This document shows positions 54,798 through 64,000 of a DNA stretch of 64,000 bases, piece after piece; position 1 is the first letter of the stretch; every line of letters begins with the position of its first letter. The stretch lies in assembly GCA_937625935.1 (NCBI GenBank), contig OW569378.1, forward strand, positions 186,001-250,000, written 5' to 3'. The position numbers and the translations under genes were made by a program. The notes below the pieces were generated by a model. It was not told where the DNA came from, made no database searches, and was given only the letters and a program-made list of their open reading frames with translations. This DNA comes from Tetramitus jugosus. Lineage: Eukaryota; Protista; Heterolobosea.

Positions 54798-56695
54798 ATG
54801 AATAGCTCCTCCAATAATAGTCACAATCCGTTCACAAGTCCTGACAATGATATCGATAACTTTCCACAGTTTCCCAACGATTCCTATTTCGAACATGTGC
54901 CAAAGCACGACGACGACGACGATTTTGGAGAAGAGGATGACGAAGAAGAGGACGAACATCATAATGTTGCCAGCCATTTGATCGATGATGATGTGGATCA
55001 TCTACACCTTGAGGAACAGAATGACGATGGATTTGGAGGCAGTCCTTTTGGTCATGTTCGCTCACTGCAAGGCAACAACGACATTTCCAATATTTCACTC
55101 AATCTGAGTATTGATACGCTTGCAAAAGTGAAGCCTGTTGATATTTCGAATATTGAGAGCTTTCTGGAGCAGAAGCACAGGGAGGAAATGGACGAACTAA
55201 GGATGAGAAACGAGATTGAGCGTGAAGATCAACAGTATTTTGATCAAAGAGCTGAAGAATTGTCACCACAGTCAAAAGCAAAGAAGAGAATTGTGTTGTA
55301 TGATACAGAGAATGAACCTATGACTCCTGAGAGAGTAGTGGTCACTCCTATGAGTGCCACAAGGAGACTTCGGCATGGGTTGTATTCACCTGTGGGAGTG
55401 CAAACTGATTTGTCAATATCGCCTGCAATGGTACGTATGAGGAACTTTTGGTTGTGCATTATGTGGTAATGTTTTGATTGGGTGTGATAACCATTTATTG
55501 ATTAGAGTGTTGAATGTACATTGTATGGTGACAGTCGCGTTCACATTGAAGAAACTCGAAATTCAGACACACCACCCAAGACAAAGTCCTTGTTGCAGTC
55601 TCCTGATTTTATGTCTCCAATTACTTCTCGCACACCAGTGAGAGGGATTCAGTCACCCAAGTTTTTAATGTCACCCAACACAGAAGGACGGAGGCGAACG
55701 CCCATGACTGGACAAGGGGAACCAGATTTTCTATCTCCTATTAGACCAGGTAAGCAACTTTATTCGTTTTATTGTATATAACCTTATTTCTAAACTTGTT
55801 TAGAGCATACACCTATGCGGAATCAGCTGCAATCACCACAATTCATGAGTCCTTTCCTTATACACAGTAGTAAGAAGGCAACTCCAGAAGCAGCCCCAGT
55901 AATGTCACCTGTAACCGAACAACGGGAGCCATCTATACATGAACAAACATCAGGAATACATCATTCTATGCATGAAACCTCAAAGTCCGACTCAAAGCTA
56001 TCCAACAAGAGAGCATCTGTGGTTAAGAGATTACCATTTGAACAAGCGATTGATGTGAACAATTACGATAGTATCATAGGGGAGTTGCATCGACATTCGA
56101 GTGGCAGTTCGTTGTACCTCGACATTCCAAACACCTCTCAAAACTCTGTAGATAGTCCTCGAAGCACGAGCCGGCAACGAGACACGCACAAATCTGTGTC
56201 CTTCTCTCCATCGACAAAGGACAACACCAGACACATCGATGATTCAAGATTGCACTATAGTATGTAACTCCATTTATTTTTTATAAAGTTAGGAGCTGTG
56301 TTTTCTCACTCGATATCTGAAACTAAAAAGCCACGATACAAACGCCAGAGCAGCAACCTGACAATAGAGTACCATGTGACAAAAATTTGCATCATTCACA
56401 CCATGTTGTGTGTAGTGTGTGCTCCACACCAATTGCGTTGAATCCATATAATTTCGACTTGAAATGTACTCAGGATTCCTCTGACAAGAGAATATCTGGT
56501 CGATCAATATCACCACCTACTCGTCGATCGTATCCATTTACGGTTAGCCCTCATCGGTTCATAAGCTCTCACTTGAACAAATCGCTGTATACACGACCTT
56601 TATCTCCGGTTAACTATGAGTTCTTTAAGGCGAGATACAAAACGCAACTCAAGTATATCGATGGGCAAGAAAGAGCAAACCGACCATTCACATAA
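54798..56695 (+). CDS. Disordered SP/TP-rich protein with repeated QSPxF(M/L)SP motif and C-terminal Cys/His cluster, 4 exons
   Basis: Exons 54798-55430, 55506-55749, 55804-56259, 56331-56695; introns GTACGT..TAG, GTAAGC..TAG and GTATGT..AAG each restore the frame. Confidence 0.7.
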
Positions 56696-56735
56696 AAGCC
56701 TGTCACAGCAAAAATATGGCCATTATCAACTTTAA

Positions 56736-58385
56736 CTACAACTCATCGTGCAATGTATGAAATGATGGATGGACAACTCGATTCAACTCGGCGATGACAC
56801 GCTCATCCATACCTGGCTCCAATTTGAATTCGATCAATTGTTTCGGTTCAGCTGAGTCGCTATTCGGCTGAAGGAATAAATACACCCTCGGTTTCGATGT
56901 ATCGAGTTGAATATTGTATGGATCAAGGATTTGCTGCACTTCTCGCTCACTCGTGCTATTCACCTCCAATTTGACTGTATCAATAAATTTGATGCGAGAA
57001 AACTCGTTCAAGGAAGGGAGAGACAAGTGAGATTCCTCATACACTAAAGCCAAGATACTCCCAGTTCTTTCCTTCATAATTGTATTCCACTTCTCCAATG
57101 TATGAACATGATATCTTCTATTTTTTGGTGTTAAAATCTGCTTGTACAGCCATTTCATAATACTGTTGACTGATCTATCTCCCTTGTATTCGATATATTC
57201 GTTTCGATTCACCTTGTTCAATGTCAATCCCCCAAAACCTTCAATTTCCTCCAAAATGGTCTTTCGAATGAACAAGCCATCGAATCGTGTTGTGTCGCCA
57301 TCTCCATCAATAATCATTTGATTGTCAAAGAATCGTGATTGTGATGATGACGACGAAGATGATGATTCATCAGAGGTCAACGACGAGGAAGAAGGACTCA
57401 TTGAGGAGCGAGATGATGCAGCCGAAGGGTTATGGCTATACAAGTGCCTATTTTTCTTTGATGATGCATATCTCGACTCTTCATCATCATCCTCATCATT
57501 GTCATCCCCATTCTCGCCACCATCATATCCAAGCAGATCGGACCACTTCATATCGAAGTCATTGATATTTTCATCTTGACTGTTTCTTCGTCTCGCACGA
57601 TCCTCCTCTTCTTCCTCACGTGTTCGTTCACCACCACCACCATCATCATCAGTACTCTGCTTTCTTCTCTTCTTCTTCTTGTCGAGCGCAACTGACACTG
57701 ATTCCGTATCATTTGACTCGGCATGAGTCTCTAACAGCATCAACGATGGAAATCCTCGAATTCCCAACTCAAATGCCAACGCACTATTCTTATATCCATC
57801 TAGTTTTGCAATCGTAATGTTGCGAATCTCTGGAAAGGTGTCCAACTTGATACGATGAACCAACTGCACAAACGAATCGACAAAATCCGAGGACCAAGCA
57901 CATCGAATCGAAGGTGCATACAAGAACAATAGTATGGGTCGATTTCGATAAGAAACAATTGACTCCCAATTGCTTTCATTCAGTTCCTTGACACGCACAG
58001 ATAGTACTCTTGATTCGTGACCTTCTTGATCTTTATCATCATCACCATTGTTGTTGTTGTTGTTGGTAGTAGTGACAATGATTGGAATTTGCAAATCTTG
58101 TTGCTCTGGCAAGTAACGATAGACTTCAGATGATTTGAATGCGTTGAATGGATGTTGTTGAACATAGTAGGTGGCACCAATGAGAACCAACATGACAATC
58201 AAACGAAACAGGAAGCCTTTAAGTGAGTAGTAGGAGTAATTGGGTGCGTTGGGGTCAGTGTTGTTGATGAGATGTTGGTTGATCATGTTCATGATGTTGT
58301 TGTTGGTTGGATCGTGAACATGATGTTGTTCATCAGCAGCAGGTTCATCATCATGATGATCTTCTTGTTGTGGTTGTTGATGCAT
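56736..58385 (-). CDS. Membrane-anchored ER thioredoxin/PDI-like protein (atypical active site, HDEL)
   Basis: N-terminal TM; VKELNESNW..., ILLFLYAP, IAKLDG, LGIRGFPSL, EYKGDRS; C-terminal HDEL. Confidence 0.75.
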   Translation of the reverse strand: MHQQPQQEDHHDDEPAADEQHHVHDPTNNNIMNMINQHLINNTDPNAPNYSYYSLKGFLFRLIVMLVLIGATYYVQQHPFNAFKSSEVYRYLPEQQDLQIPIIVTTTNNNNNNGDDDKDQEGHESRVLSVRVKELNESNWESIVSYRNRPILLFLYAPSIRCAWSSDFVDSFVQLVHRIKLDTFPEIRNITIAKLDGYKNSALAFELGIRGFPSLMLLETHAESNDTESVSVALDKKKKRRKQSTDDDGGGGERTREEEEEDRARRRNSQDENINDFDMKWSDLLGYDGGENGDDNDEDDDEESRYASSKKNRHLYSHNPSAASSRSSMSPSSSSLTSDESSSSSSSSQSRFFDNQMIIDGDGDTTRFDGLFIRKTILEEIEGFGGLTLNKVNRNEYIEYKGDRSVNSIMKWLYKQILTPKNRRYHVHTLEKWNTIMKERTGSILALVYEESHLSLPSLNEFSRIKFIDTVKLEVNSTSEREVQQILDPYNIQLDTSKPRVYLFLQPNSDSAEPKQLIEFKLEPGMDERVIAELNRVVHPSFHTLHDEL

Positions 58386-58675
58386 TTTTGGAGGTTTTTT
58401 GACCTTGGAGGAATTACGGCGGGAGATCGAGGGAAGAAATGTTGGCGCCCAATACGTAGTTCATACGTGCCGTTCGAAACTGCACTGCCTCTCACAAGGA
58501 GGGTCTGTTCAATTCACGTGTCTGAAAACAGGCACTCACGCAGATATCGAAAAAAAGCATCTCCCAAATCACACAATCCAAGAAAAAAACAAGAAGATAT
58601 TCAGTGACACTGGCCACTCGCAAATACAAGGAAAAACCATCCACATCTACCACCATATCACCCAATAGCTTACAG

Positions 58676-60373
58676 ATGCAACACAGAGAGCAACCACTTC
58701 AGGTCGTTCTTGTTGGTTGTGGTCATTCGACATTGCAACTCATTCGACATGTTCATGAGCAAATCTTGTTGGCCGAAACATCGAGAAGAGCAGCATCAGA
58801 CATGAAACTCCAAATGATTACCTCGCCTCACTTTGTGCAATACACTCTGATTCATGATTGTCCCTATGCTGTGCACAGTGATATGATTCCAGGTGTGATT
58901 TCTGGTCAGTACGAGCTATCTGAGTGCATGTTTGATCTGGAAGCCATGATACACTCGATCAATGGAAGGTTTGTTTGTGCAAAAGCAAAATCAATTGATT
59001 GGTATAAGAATCAAGTCATGTGTGAGAGTATGAATGAGTCGGAATTGGACTTTCTGTTCAAAGAGGAAGAATGTATCAATAGGAGAATGAAAGCTGCTGC
59101 TCAAAGAAACTCTGTGCGAAGAAGCAAGAGATATGCGACAAATAGTCATATTAGTTGCAACACGGCAGATAACGATCTGAATAGTGCAATGAGTGATGTA
59201 ATGAGTACGTGCAGTGCTGTAAGCTATAGCACAACGATGACAAGTACAACAAATCATACATCGAATCATTTTGGTGGTGATCAAGAATCGTACATGGCTT
59301 CTTCGTTGTCCACTCCGCGTCAATCTCTTCGGTCAAAACGACGAAGAACAACAACCATTCCATTCGATGTTATTGTTGTTGATGTTGACTCACAGTGTCA
59401 ATCGATTGAAACCGTGCCTGGAGCGCAACAGTATGCAATAACAGCTCGACCAATGGTTCAACTACCGTCCAAAATACTGGCACAGGAGCAAATCTTTTTC
59501 AATCAAGTGAACTCTGGTAGCTATACCATACGGTACTATCGTATTGTTGTAGTTGGCGCTGGCGCTTTAGGTGTCGAACTCTTGTGTTGTATCGCTGCTC
59601 GATTCGACAAAACGTTTGCTCATTTGAAGCACTTGGTCAAGTTCGAGTACACTATTATTGACGAGCAAGAAAGTTTTGAACAGACATTGGGATCGAGAAG
59701 ACTAGGTAGATCAGTGAGGCGGAACGTATTCGAAGCGCACAACAATTTTACCAGCATATTTGACGCTAAGCCAACGCATGTACATAATAACACGATTGAT
59801 TTAGACAACGGAGCAACTATACCTTATGATATGCTTGTTTGGGCCACTGGAGCTGCTCCTTCAGAGCTATTGAAGCATGCTGACAGCCCGCTTGATTCCA
59901 AGGGATTCCTCCGTGTGAATCAACATTTGCAGGGCTGGACTCATTCAACACTATTCGTTGCAGGTGATAGTGCCAGTGTAGAAGAATATGAAGATATGGC
60001 AAAGTCTAGTGTAAATGCCATTCGTATGGGCCCCACTTTAACACACAACGTTCTTAAAGTAATTCAACAAATGTGGATTCATCACTACAAGACACAACTG
60101 GCGAAAAAGCCAATAGAGAATGGAAAGAGATCCCTCTTACAACCCATGTCTGAAGTCTTTCGGCACTTGGAGCTCTTTAGGCCGAAATCGCGTTATCTCA
60201 CACTTTTGAACATTGGAACGGGAAGTGCGATTGGCGGATACTTGGGATTCAGCTTCGGTCCGTACAAGTGGGTTTTCTCCTTGAAGAATCGGTTTGACCA
60301 GAAACTTGCGAGCAGCTTCCCACAGGCAAAAATTCAACCAATCGTCCTGTCAAAGCTCGCTCCAGCTTCGTAG
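58676..60373 (+). CDS. FAD-dependent pyridine nucleotide-disulfide oxidoreductase, SelD-N-terminal (TIGR03169)-like
   Basis: VVLVGCGH, SDMIPG.ISG.Y, IVVVGAGALGVEL, WATGA, GFLRV...LQ...LFVAGD, FRP..RYL.LL.IG.G.AI, K.RFD; first ATG 58676 (track start is GTG). Confidence 0.8.
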   Translation: MQHREQPLQVVLVGCGHSTLQLIRHVHEQILLAETSRRAASDMKLQMITSPHFVQYTLIHDCPYAVHSDMIPGVISGQYELSECMFDLEAMIHSINGRFVCAKAKSIDWYKNQVMCESMNESELDFLFKEEECINRRMKAAAQRNSVRRSKRYATNSHISCNTADNDLNSAMSDVMSTCSAVSYSTTMTSTTNHTSNHFGGDQESYMASSLSTPRQSLRSKRRRTTTIPFDVIVVDVDSQCQSIETVPGAQQYAITARPMVQLPSKILAQEQIFFNQVNSGSYTIRYYRIVVVGAGALGVELLCCIAARFDKTFAHLKHLVKFEYTIIDEQESFEQTLGSRRLGRSVRRNVFEAHNNFTSIFDAKPTHVHNNTIDLDNGATIPYDMLVWATGAAPSELLKHADSPLDSKGFLRVNQHLQGWTHSTLFVAGDSASVEEYEDMAKSSVNAIRMGPTLTHNVLKVIQQMWIHHYKTQLAKKPIENGKRSLLQPMSEVFRHLELFRPKSRYLTLLNIGTGSAIGGYLGFSFGPYKWVFSLKNRFDQKLASSFPQAKIQPIVLSKLAPAS

Positions 60374-60544
60374 CGAAATCCTTTCCAATTTATGGTTCAG
60401 TCACGATGGAAGGTTGTTGTAAAATTTCAACCCTCCAGTTGGATTCTGTGCATTTCCTCCGCTCCAAAATCCACAGCAAAATTATGCGCCACACAGCACA
60501 AGAAAACACACAAAAAAAAAGCTAATCACACAAACAATTTTACA

Positions 60545-61441
60545 ATGAACAAGAGTCTATTGTGTTCACTCGTCCTCTTGGTCGTGTTCCTTTTTGCTTC
60601 CACTGTCTCTGCTAACAGTTGTACCAAGACATTCACTGTCAAGGGCAAGGATTACAAATTTGACTTGAACGGTTTGTCCAGACCGTACGTATGATACTTT
60701 TTTTCTCAGTGTGAAAGCTTTTGAACATCATGAATATTGACAATCATTTTTTTTTTTCGTATCATGATGATTTTCATCACTAATAGTGAAGGTTATAAAG
60801 CAAAGGGTGCTGATGGCTACAATTACTACATTAGCTTCTGCTCCGCAGTGACTGCACCTGCTGCTTCTTGTGCCAAGGATGGTAGCTACAAGGGATGGCA
60901 ATTGTCTGATGATCAAAACAACTGTTTCCCAATTGCTATGGGTGGTGATGATGGTGTTTCCATGGAATTGATTGATCCTGATAATGTCGAAGGTGGTATC
61001 TTGATCAAGATGAAGACTGTTGACGGAACCTACAACCGTGGTGCTGAGATTCAACTCTCCTGCCAAAAGAACACCAAGATTGGTGATGTGTCTGTTACTG
61101 AAAAGAAGGACGGTCTCTACACCAGTATCTATCACTTCAACATGAAGAGTAGCTATGCTTGCATTGGTGGTGGTTCCTCTGGTGGTAGAAAGTGCGCTTT
61201 GGGATGTGTCTATGGTGTTGGTGGATTGTTGATGACATTGTCTTTGGTTGCTCTCATTTTGTACTTTATTATTGGATTTGTTTTGTGCAAGTTTGTCTGG
61301 AAGAAGGAAGGAATGGAAGTCATTCCTAATGTTGAATTCTGGAAGGATTTGCCATTCTTGTTGAAGGATGGTGCCATGTTCTGGGTTGACTTGTTCCGTT
61401 CAGTCACCAAGAAGGGTCAGTACACTGAAGTGACTGCCTAA
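60545..61441 (+). CDS. Mannose-6-phosphate receptor / Atg27-like sorting receptor (MRH domain), 2 exons
   Basis: Exons 60545-60684 and 60787-61441 (intron GTACGT..TAG); signal peptide, FDL..L, Y.ISFC, SSYAC, TM, IPN.EFW.DLP.L.KDG, YxxPhi tail YTEV. Confidence 0.85.
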
Positions 61442-61949
61442 ATTTTTTTTTGAGCAGAACTTTTCTCATGCTATATCAGCATGGGTTTTTGTGGACACAT
61501 GTTTGTTGGTCAACTCGAGCAATGATTCGTTCTGCTTTTGGCCACAAGATGTGGTGTGTCTTCCTTCTTGTTTGTTGAAGTGGATACATTGATAAATAGT
61601 CGTATAGAAATAAACAACCAAGTAATTTAATCATTTCTTCTTCTCTCTTGTGCCTCATTGCAAACGCAAGCGACTATATGAGTCCCGATACTTTCTTCTG
61701 GATGTCTTGCACAAACCTGATATCGGTTGTGGATGAACTCTACTCAATATCTCACCAACAATGAGTGGTAAGGTCTGTTGTGAGCTAGCCAGTCTTCGTG
61801 AGAGATTCAAATGCGGACTTGTAGATTCACAACGGCCAGAGCTCAAGCGGAAGAACAAGGTCTTTGAAAGCTTTCATCATCCAATAACATTTCAACAACA
61901 AACATCAACAGTAGCAACAACAAAAAAGAAACCAACAACAACAACAACC

Positions 61950-62810
61950 ATGAGATCATTCTTATCCTCATTCTTTCGCAAATCAACATCAGCGATAAAC
62001 TCCAACACCAATAGCACCAATAGCAATAGCAACATTTCACATGCCATTAAGCCTCTATTTCCCGTCATTCGCAACTGTATCATTGGTTTCGCATCTGTCA
62101 CTCTCTTTACGGAACATGTGGCCTCATGGGGAACAGTCAGTGGTCGGTCCATGCAACCCACATTCAATCATCACTCCCCACCCAATACATCATCATCATC
62201 ATCATCAAATGCATCATCATCTAACCATCATCATTCATCAACAACAACAACACTCAATGCATCATCATCATCGCCCAACAAAAAATCAAACAACAACAAG
62301 CAGAATCAACAACAACATTACAATACTTTCTACTATGATTCCTCTCAAGAGGACATTGTCATTTATCATCGTTTCACAAGTCGTGTCCAACGTGGTGACG
62401 TTGTCATTTTTCATTCACCACTCGACAAGAACAAAATGTTGATTAAGCGAGTGATTGGTATGCCTGGTGATTCTATTAAAAATTTGGAAAATTCATTGGT
62501 GAACGTTCCGAGTGGTTATTGTTGGTTAGAAGGTGACAATAGTCATCATTCGAGGGACAGTAATTGGTATGGTCCGATTCCAATGGATAGTCTATGTGGT
62601 GTGGTGACGCATCGTGTCTATCCATCGATGAATCGAGTGGAGAGTGTGATACCAGAGGGTGTGAGAAGCAGAGTGCTGTCGTTGTCGTCGTCGTCATCGT
62701 CGTCTTTGTCAGCGTCGCCGCCATTGTTGTCTCCAATTCCTAGTGCGACAGTGTTGGATGCACCGAGTGGGTTCATGTCAGCAGAAGAACCAACAGAGGT
62801 CATTGTATGA
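61950..62810 (+). CDS. Mitochondrial inner membrane peptidase (IMP2/IMP1, S26 family)
   Basis: VSGRSMQPT (catalytic Ser), LIKRVIG.PGD (catalytic Lys), VP.GYCWLEGDN...S.DS..YGPIP; likely start ATG 61950. Confidence 0.88.
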   Translation: MRSFLSSFFRKSTSAINSNTNSTNSNSNISHAIKPLFPVIRNCIIGFASVTLFTEHVASWGTVSGRSMQPTFNHHSPPNTSSSSSSNASSSNHHHSSTTTTLNASSSSPNKKSNNNKQNQQQHYNTFYYDSSQEDIVIYHRFTSRVQRGDVVIFHSPLDKNKMLIKRVIGMPGDSIKNLENSLVNVPSGYCWLEGDNSHHSRDSNWYGPIPMDSLCGVVTHRVYPSMNRVESVIPEGVRSRVLSLSSSSSSSLSASPPLLSPIPSATVLDAPSGFMSAEEPTEVIV

Positions 62811-63155
62811 AGAGTTTTGTTGATTTTTTGTTCAATAAATTTTCAAGGAGTTATCTCGTGTATTGTAAAGTGTGAAGCAATTTGTGTTGGTTGGTGTCAG
62901 GAAGTCAGTGGAAGCTTCGAATAGTCCTAAGCCAAGAAGGAATCAATTATTAACATCCCAAGAACTTGAGTTGTCTCGATGCTACGATGGTCCATTGGAG
63001 ATTGTCACAAAATATTGACCAAAAAGATTGAGCAATGCTCCATGTTTATTATGTCTCCGCCACAAAACTGGAATGGAACTGTTGTGATGCCGGAGAAGTA
63101 ACACAGGAGTTTGATATTCAATAAATTATTTACATGAGTTTTTTACACACAATGC

Positions 63156-64000
63156 TTAAGCACCCGATCCTAGCAGATAACGATGCGGACGATGGTCTTC
63201 CTCATACCTCGATCTACTCACATCTTCTTGCATTTCTTTCTCCATTCTGCCTTCGTCGACACTTGGTTTCTTTCGTTGTCTATCGTTGACTGGTCCATTC
63301 ACAATTAATAGAATCGTAAGGAGAACACATTGAGCCAGGATTAAGGAATGGAAGGACCATGCTTCATTAACTTCTGAGTTAATAATGTATCTTTGCTTCA
63401 TATCCATTCCCATCTTGCTGAACACAACCACGAGCCGAAACACCATATATGACACAAAGCTCATGACCATGACAAACAATTGAATCAACGGTTTCCTTGT
63501 CTGTGTATAAGAGGAAGAGCTCTTCCATTGTTTCACAGTGTACCACAATGTGACAACAAACAACACAAACGTGTTAATGGCAAGCACAACATCAAAATAT
63601 CGATCAAATACTTGTTTTGCCACAAAGAGAGCTGAACTGGCAGGCATGATATGATGTTTTGAATAGTAAATGATATCAACGATCAATTTGGGCACGAGTG
63701 CACTGAGTGAGAGCAACACTTGAATCACGTACAGCGAAATTTCAAGCTTTGTCGTTATGGAGACACCTCGGAACGACAGAGCGTCCCCAACCCTTATCAA
63801 ACCACTCTTCTTGTGCAGTGATTCCTTCTTTCTTGAGTGCTCTTCCATGTGCTCATTGTCGTGCAGTGCATCAATGCCATCCTCAGAATCACTGTCTTCC
63901 AGAGTGGACTCACCACCGATGGAGTCATCAAATTCATCAGCATCGACGTGAATATTCTGAAAATCCGTCACTAACCTTGTCACTTGAACTTTTTTACTCC
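63156..64000 (-). CDS. Multi-pass membrane protein (5'-truncated by the window edge), possibly GPCR-like
   Basis: Frame open to the window end; at least 4 TM segments following an acidic loop. Confidence 0.6.
   Translation of the reverse strand, partial: SKKVQVTRLVTDFQNIHVDADEFDDSIGGESTLEDSDSEDGIDALHDNEHMEEHSRKKESLHKKSGLIRVGDALSFRGVSITTKLEISLYVIQVLLSLSALVPKLIVDIIYYSKHHIMPASSALFVAKQVFDRYFDVVLAINTFVLFVVTLWYTVKQWKSSSSYTQTRKPLIQLFVMVMSFVSYMVFRLVVVFSKMGMDMKQRYIINSEVNEAWSFHSLILAQCVLLTILLIVNGPVNDRQRKKPSVDEGRMEKEMQEDVSRSRYEEDHRPHRYLLGSGA

Noticed and set aside
60401-60445. Hairpin after the SelD-N-like gene considered as a SECIS element
   Set aside because: Lacks the AUGA/GA kink-turn core, and the upstream CDS has no in-frame UGA
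61465-61490. Stem-loop plus T-run resembling a bacterial intrinsic terminator
   Set aside because: The context is clearly eukaryotic (spliceosomal introns, AATAAA), so it was not called as a terminator

Overview
Gene-dense eukaryotic nuclear DNA (standard genetic code, about 38 protein-coding genes in 64 kb, very short intergenic spacers, 15 short spliceosomal introns that I could place by hand). There is no rRNA, tRNA, CRISPR array or transposon that I can support. The content (IFT25, GCP2, TBCE, RGS/PAS signalling proteins, CAA-rich 5' leaders) suggests a flagellated free-living protist, possibly Discoba/Heterolobosea-like; that placement is inference only. Most genes are housekeeping: RPS8, NOC2, UTP7, PSMA7, TIM23, IMP2, two Rab11-like GTPases, WDR68, METTL16, an NDR kinase, a MAPKK, ZnT and mARC. 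The best candidates for undescribed biology are five. (1) Two unlinked paralogues (15024-16304, 44035-45033) share a 71%-identical, gap-free 85-aa C-terminal domain that resembles the phage ORF6N/KilA-N DNA-binding fold, a candidate new transcription-factor family. (2) A PH + FixL-like PAS + RGS protein keeps FixL's haem-ligand His and distal Arg, a candidate O2-gated regulator of G-protein signalling. (3) A 1615-aa receptor joins a class-C-GPCR-type Venus flytrap, two kelch propellers, Cys-rich repeats and a two-TM channel-like module. (4) An intact METTL16 sits in a genome where 14 of 15 introns begin GTAYGT. (5) Yeast-RRPE-like motifs lie in front of both ribosome-biogenesis genes. All family assignments come from motif recognition by eye; no searches were run.
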